From Lama glama (lineage: Eukaryota): 64,000 bases of DNA. The stretch spans positions 36,024,001 to 36,088,000 of the forward strand of contig CM052816.1 of assembly GCA_028534125.1 (NCBI GenBank). Reading direction: 5' to 3'. Positions within the stretch are counted from its first letter, which is position 1; each line of letters begins with the position of its first letter. Positions 59,996 to 64,000 of this stretch are shown one piece after another. Made by a program: the position numbers and the translations under genes. Below the pieces are notes generated by a model, which ran no database searches, was not told the DNA's origin, and saw nothing but the letters and a program-made list of their open reading frames with translations.

Positions 59996-62900
59996 AGATC
60001 TCAGGGCTTGACACTGTCTTGACTGTAGTCGCCCATCTGCGTAAGCGGGCGAAAACGCAGATTCTTGGAACCCACTTCCAGAAAGTCTAACTCATTAAAT
60101 TGTATGAAGTTGTGGTAGGGTACTTCATTTTTAACAGGCTCTCTGTAAGTTTCCTTTGCAGGCGATATTCCTACCACACTCTGGAAACGTGGGCTTAGAG
60201 TGGGAGTCGGTGGGTCTGAATTCAAGACATAGAAGCAGTGGGTACGGGAAGATCTGGGTGAGTGGCATAGAGCAGCGGCATCGGGGCTGAGCAAAGGCAG
60301 GCTTCGTCATGTGAGTGTTGGTTTTAAACTCTGATCAGACAAGGAACACACTAGTCCTAGTCTGAGATAAAGACTTAGATAAATTAGGATTCTAGGAATC
60401 AGCTCACTCACCAGGGTCATAACAAACTTTTCCTTCTGCCTCACAAAGCAAATTGTCTCATTGGCTTCATCCATACGTACGATAGAATTTCACCAGGCCG
60501 ATGCAGACAAAAACCAGGTAACCCTTTGGGGTTTTTTTGTGTTTCTTACACAATTGTAAAAAAATTTTTTGTTATGAAATGATTTCCCTTTACAAAGTGG
60601 TAAACTGTGTTGAGTGAGGATAAGAATCAGAAAGCCACATGAAAATAGAGAGGAAGCAGGCAAAGGTGTAAGTGATAAGAAATAATTCATTTTGGACCAA
60701 GAATTTAGAAGGAAAATGTGTTTTTGAGGAGGAAGGAAAGAATAGTGAGAGTAGGTCCTGTAATATCCTACTTAGGTGACAGAGGTGGGGAGAGCATGTT
60801 GAAGAAGTGGGTGCCTATTGTCTGTGACCTTCGGTGCTTGTCAGTTTATGTTTTCTTCCCCGTCATGTTTAGGTAGAGTCTGACGAAAAAGGAGTCTCTA
60901 AATGGGGCCATGATTCGGTTTTGATTAAAGGTCAACAGTGATATGTATTTAATCACTATTTTCTACTGATATATTGAGTTAGGCAGCAGTCACGTTTTTA
61001 ACCATATACTGTATCCTGATTCTTAGAAAGTAAGGCCATTATTTAATAGGTTCCTTTTAAAAATGTTATTAAGCTTAGAAAAATAGATGAGAATGAGGAG
61101 GCCTGGGTCTTGAGTTCATCACTTATGAGGTGCGTTAATTTGGGCAGGAGGCTTCAAGGCATGCCTCAAGTTTTCCATATATAAACGAATTAATTTGCTA
61201 GTTTAATAAATGGTATTCTTAATATTGATATTTGAAAGGCAATTAGTTACTTTCCGAGTTTCTGTCAAAATTAATGGTAGCTACCATGACAAGTTTTTAT
61301 GGGCACTTTAAATTATACATTTACATGTGTCAAAAATAGTTCCTCTCATCAACTAGTTTGAAGTACACTGGTGGTCAGAAATAGCTGACTGTCATTTACT
61401 CACAAGGGCATTTTTCTCTTACTCCTTGCAGAATCAAATATGACCAAAATGTATTCAATCAGCTCACTGTGGTTCATTTGGAATGTTCTGCAGGGGTGAA
61501 GACGCAGAAATGCCGGTCTGTCACTTAGAGAACCATTCCTTGGATCACATCCAAGTCTGCAGTGGTCAGTTGAATTCATTCAAAATATTTTCCAGGGCTA
61601 ACAAGAAAATTGGTTTACCACTGGCAGGTTTTATGCACCTGTTTTTTCCCCCCATAGCTTCTCATACCTGAAAAATATGGAGAAATGTTCTTTTCCTAAA
61701 TTGAAAAACTCAGCTGTAGTCTAAGTGAAATGGGATAAATTATCTTTTTCACAATTACCCATTAAAGGGAGAATTAGAATTAATATTAATCACAGATGTT
61801 TCATCAAGTTTTATTATCAACCAGATTGACTGCCAAAGTGCTTTCTGGAAGACATTTTCTCTCCCTCCCCCCACCTGCTACTGAGAACAAACTGTTATTA
61901 TGGGTCCTTAGATAAAGATTAATGGTTTTGGCAATTCATTTGAGGAAATCGGTATTTTAGTGTACATTCCACTCCAGCTGAAGGCGTCTGAGAAGAGCGT
62001 GGCTTGTCACCTCCTTGGTAAAATTATATAGTGAACACACAAGACAGTAGTATAATTCTTTCTGTCATCAGAAACAGATTAATCAATAAGGAGCCCGAGG
62101 CTTATGTCACCTGACCTGTATTTTTAAAATTCTTGTTTATAGATAAAATAAGCAAAATGCCTGCCTGTATTTGAGCAGCTGTATTTTTACCTATCACCCT
62201 TGAATTTCATTTTTATGTCAGCTCGCTTCCTGGAAATTCATCACCTGCTGTGCGACCCTTATAATAATTCTGAACATTTGATAATGCCCCTCATCCATTT
62301 GCAAAGTACCCCACAGATGAGGTTCTCCACTTGTAAACAATTCTCATCAATTCTAGCTAACTTAAAAAAGAATTATTTCCCTACTAAAGAGATTATTTCA
62401 GCTGAAGACCTCAGGATGGACATAAACCAAGGCAGTGCTGGGGATCTAGAACAAAGAAATAAGCGGACAATTAGAATTATCTCATCAAGACCCAACCGTT
62501 GGATTTTCTTGACTCTAAGATTTCTCCATTCATTGTGTTGCTCTTTGCAAATGTTAGTTTCTGACATCAAGTTTAAGTTTGGGAAATTCTGGGTTAAACA
62601 AAAAATTTTTTTTCTCTATGAGACTTCTTAGGGCCTTAAATTTGATACCATGAATTGTAACTCTCCAAAGAGTGATACAGTATATATTGTTCACCAAACT
62701 AATTACACTTTGGAACCTTGTTTTCATTGGAGCATCTTGAGGGGCCTGGCTTCCATGGGATAAGGATACATTATTTACAAAATACCATTGAGCTTTAAAA
62801 TACACTAAGTATATACTTCTCCTAGTCATGAAAAATGTGACATACATTTAAATAGCATTCACCACCCAGCCCTGTGTATGTAGCTAACACAGCCAGACTT

Positions 62901-64000
62901 GCTCTGTAGTGGAATCCACATCCTTGCCTCGAATCCTCTTTTAAGATGAACAACAAATACAGTTTAGTTGTTTCTTCCTTCAAGGATATGTGTGTTTGTA
63001 GTGAATCATGCCACTTAAATTCCTCTGGTTGTTCCTATGAGAGCTGTTTTAAATTTTAAAAACAACCTTTGTCACTTTTCTGGAGTCTTATTTTAAATGT
63101 GGATCCAAAACATGAAAACAACACTTTGATTCGATCTGCTAAGTAGACCAGTATAATGCATGTTCACTTTGCAGTCCGCTGTGGGTTTTGTTTCTCCTGA
63201 GATAATACCCGTGCTTTTAGTCTGCCTCTCTCCTGTCCGGTGTTTTGTGGTTTTTTTTTTTTTTTTTTTGAATTTCATTCTACTTTATGGACCATTTCAC
63301 ATGTTGTCTCGGAGGACTAGTTACCCCACCCAAATAGTTCTACTTATAAACATAGTCTCAATTCCATCCCACGTCCTTTATCAAGTCCTTTGATGAAAAT
63401 ATTAAGACCTCAAGAATGACTAAGCTGAGGGCTGGAGGAAGGGAGGCACTGATATGCCTTCAAGGTTGGTCCTGAACATTGATAATCCTATTTTTGCAGG
63501 GAATAACTAGCCACTTTTACACTCGCCAGTACACAGTAGTAATCTTGTCATCTACGAAAGGTCTTTTCCTATGTTGCCAACGTAGCTGCTTCAGGCATCC
63601 TCCCTGCTGTACCCTTGTGGGTCCTTCTCCCCCAGGGACCTGTGTGGAAGGTGCCCCTGGTGCTTTGAGTCATTAGGTTCTGCTTGCTAGGCTGAAAGTG
63701 TCCCCAAATCCTCGATATCTTGAGAAGCTTTTCTAGGATACAGGTATATAGGGTCACTTCCTACACCGGTGATCCCAAAATGAAAGGTGCAGCACGGTCC
63801 CTACCTCCGTGAGTTCAGCTCCGAGGGTGAGCACGGAATATGCATTCAGTAAATGCTTTTTAACTGCCTTGTGTCTGGTACTCCCCTCAGACTAGTAAGA
63901 GTATCTAGATGGCCAAAAGGCCCCAATGGAACCTGCCCCCTTGGAAGCTTTTAATGTCTCTATGCCCAAGTTTTATGTAGAATTTAGCTCCTTGGATTAG

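Noticed and set aside
62200..62631. 143-aa ORF
   Set aside because: TTG start, AT-rich, no domain motif, probably overlaps degraded repeat sequence.

Overview
Mammalian genomic DNA, not microbial, inside the ephrin-A5 gene (EFNA5, + strand). The only supportable coding sequence is one 293-bp internal exon at 47342-47634 (canonical exon 2, most of the ephrin receptor-binding domain), with AG/GT splice sites. The ~47 kb upstream is the 3' part of the long intron 1 and the ~16 kb downstream is the 5' part of intron 2. The introns carry ancient MIR, L2, L3/CR1, L1, hAT (MER5A-/MER91-like) and LTR (ERV1-like, MLT1A-like) remnants. Two tRNA-derived SINEs resemble the camelid Vic-1 family, so the source is probably a camel/llama/alpaca. 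Repeat names come from remembered consensus motifs and their boundaries are approximate. I found no convincing novel multi-gene system, and the other ORFs look like chance frames. The leads worth checking are small: a SINE-L1 chimeric insertion, a ~29-bp TSD-flanked micro-insertion, a nested inverted-repeat element in a candidate enhancer, candidate poison-exon and recursive splice sites, and CpG-rich patches lying over old repeats.
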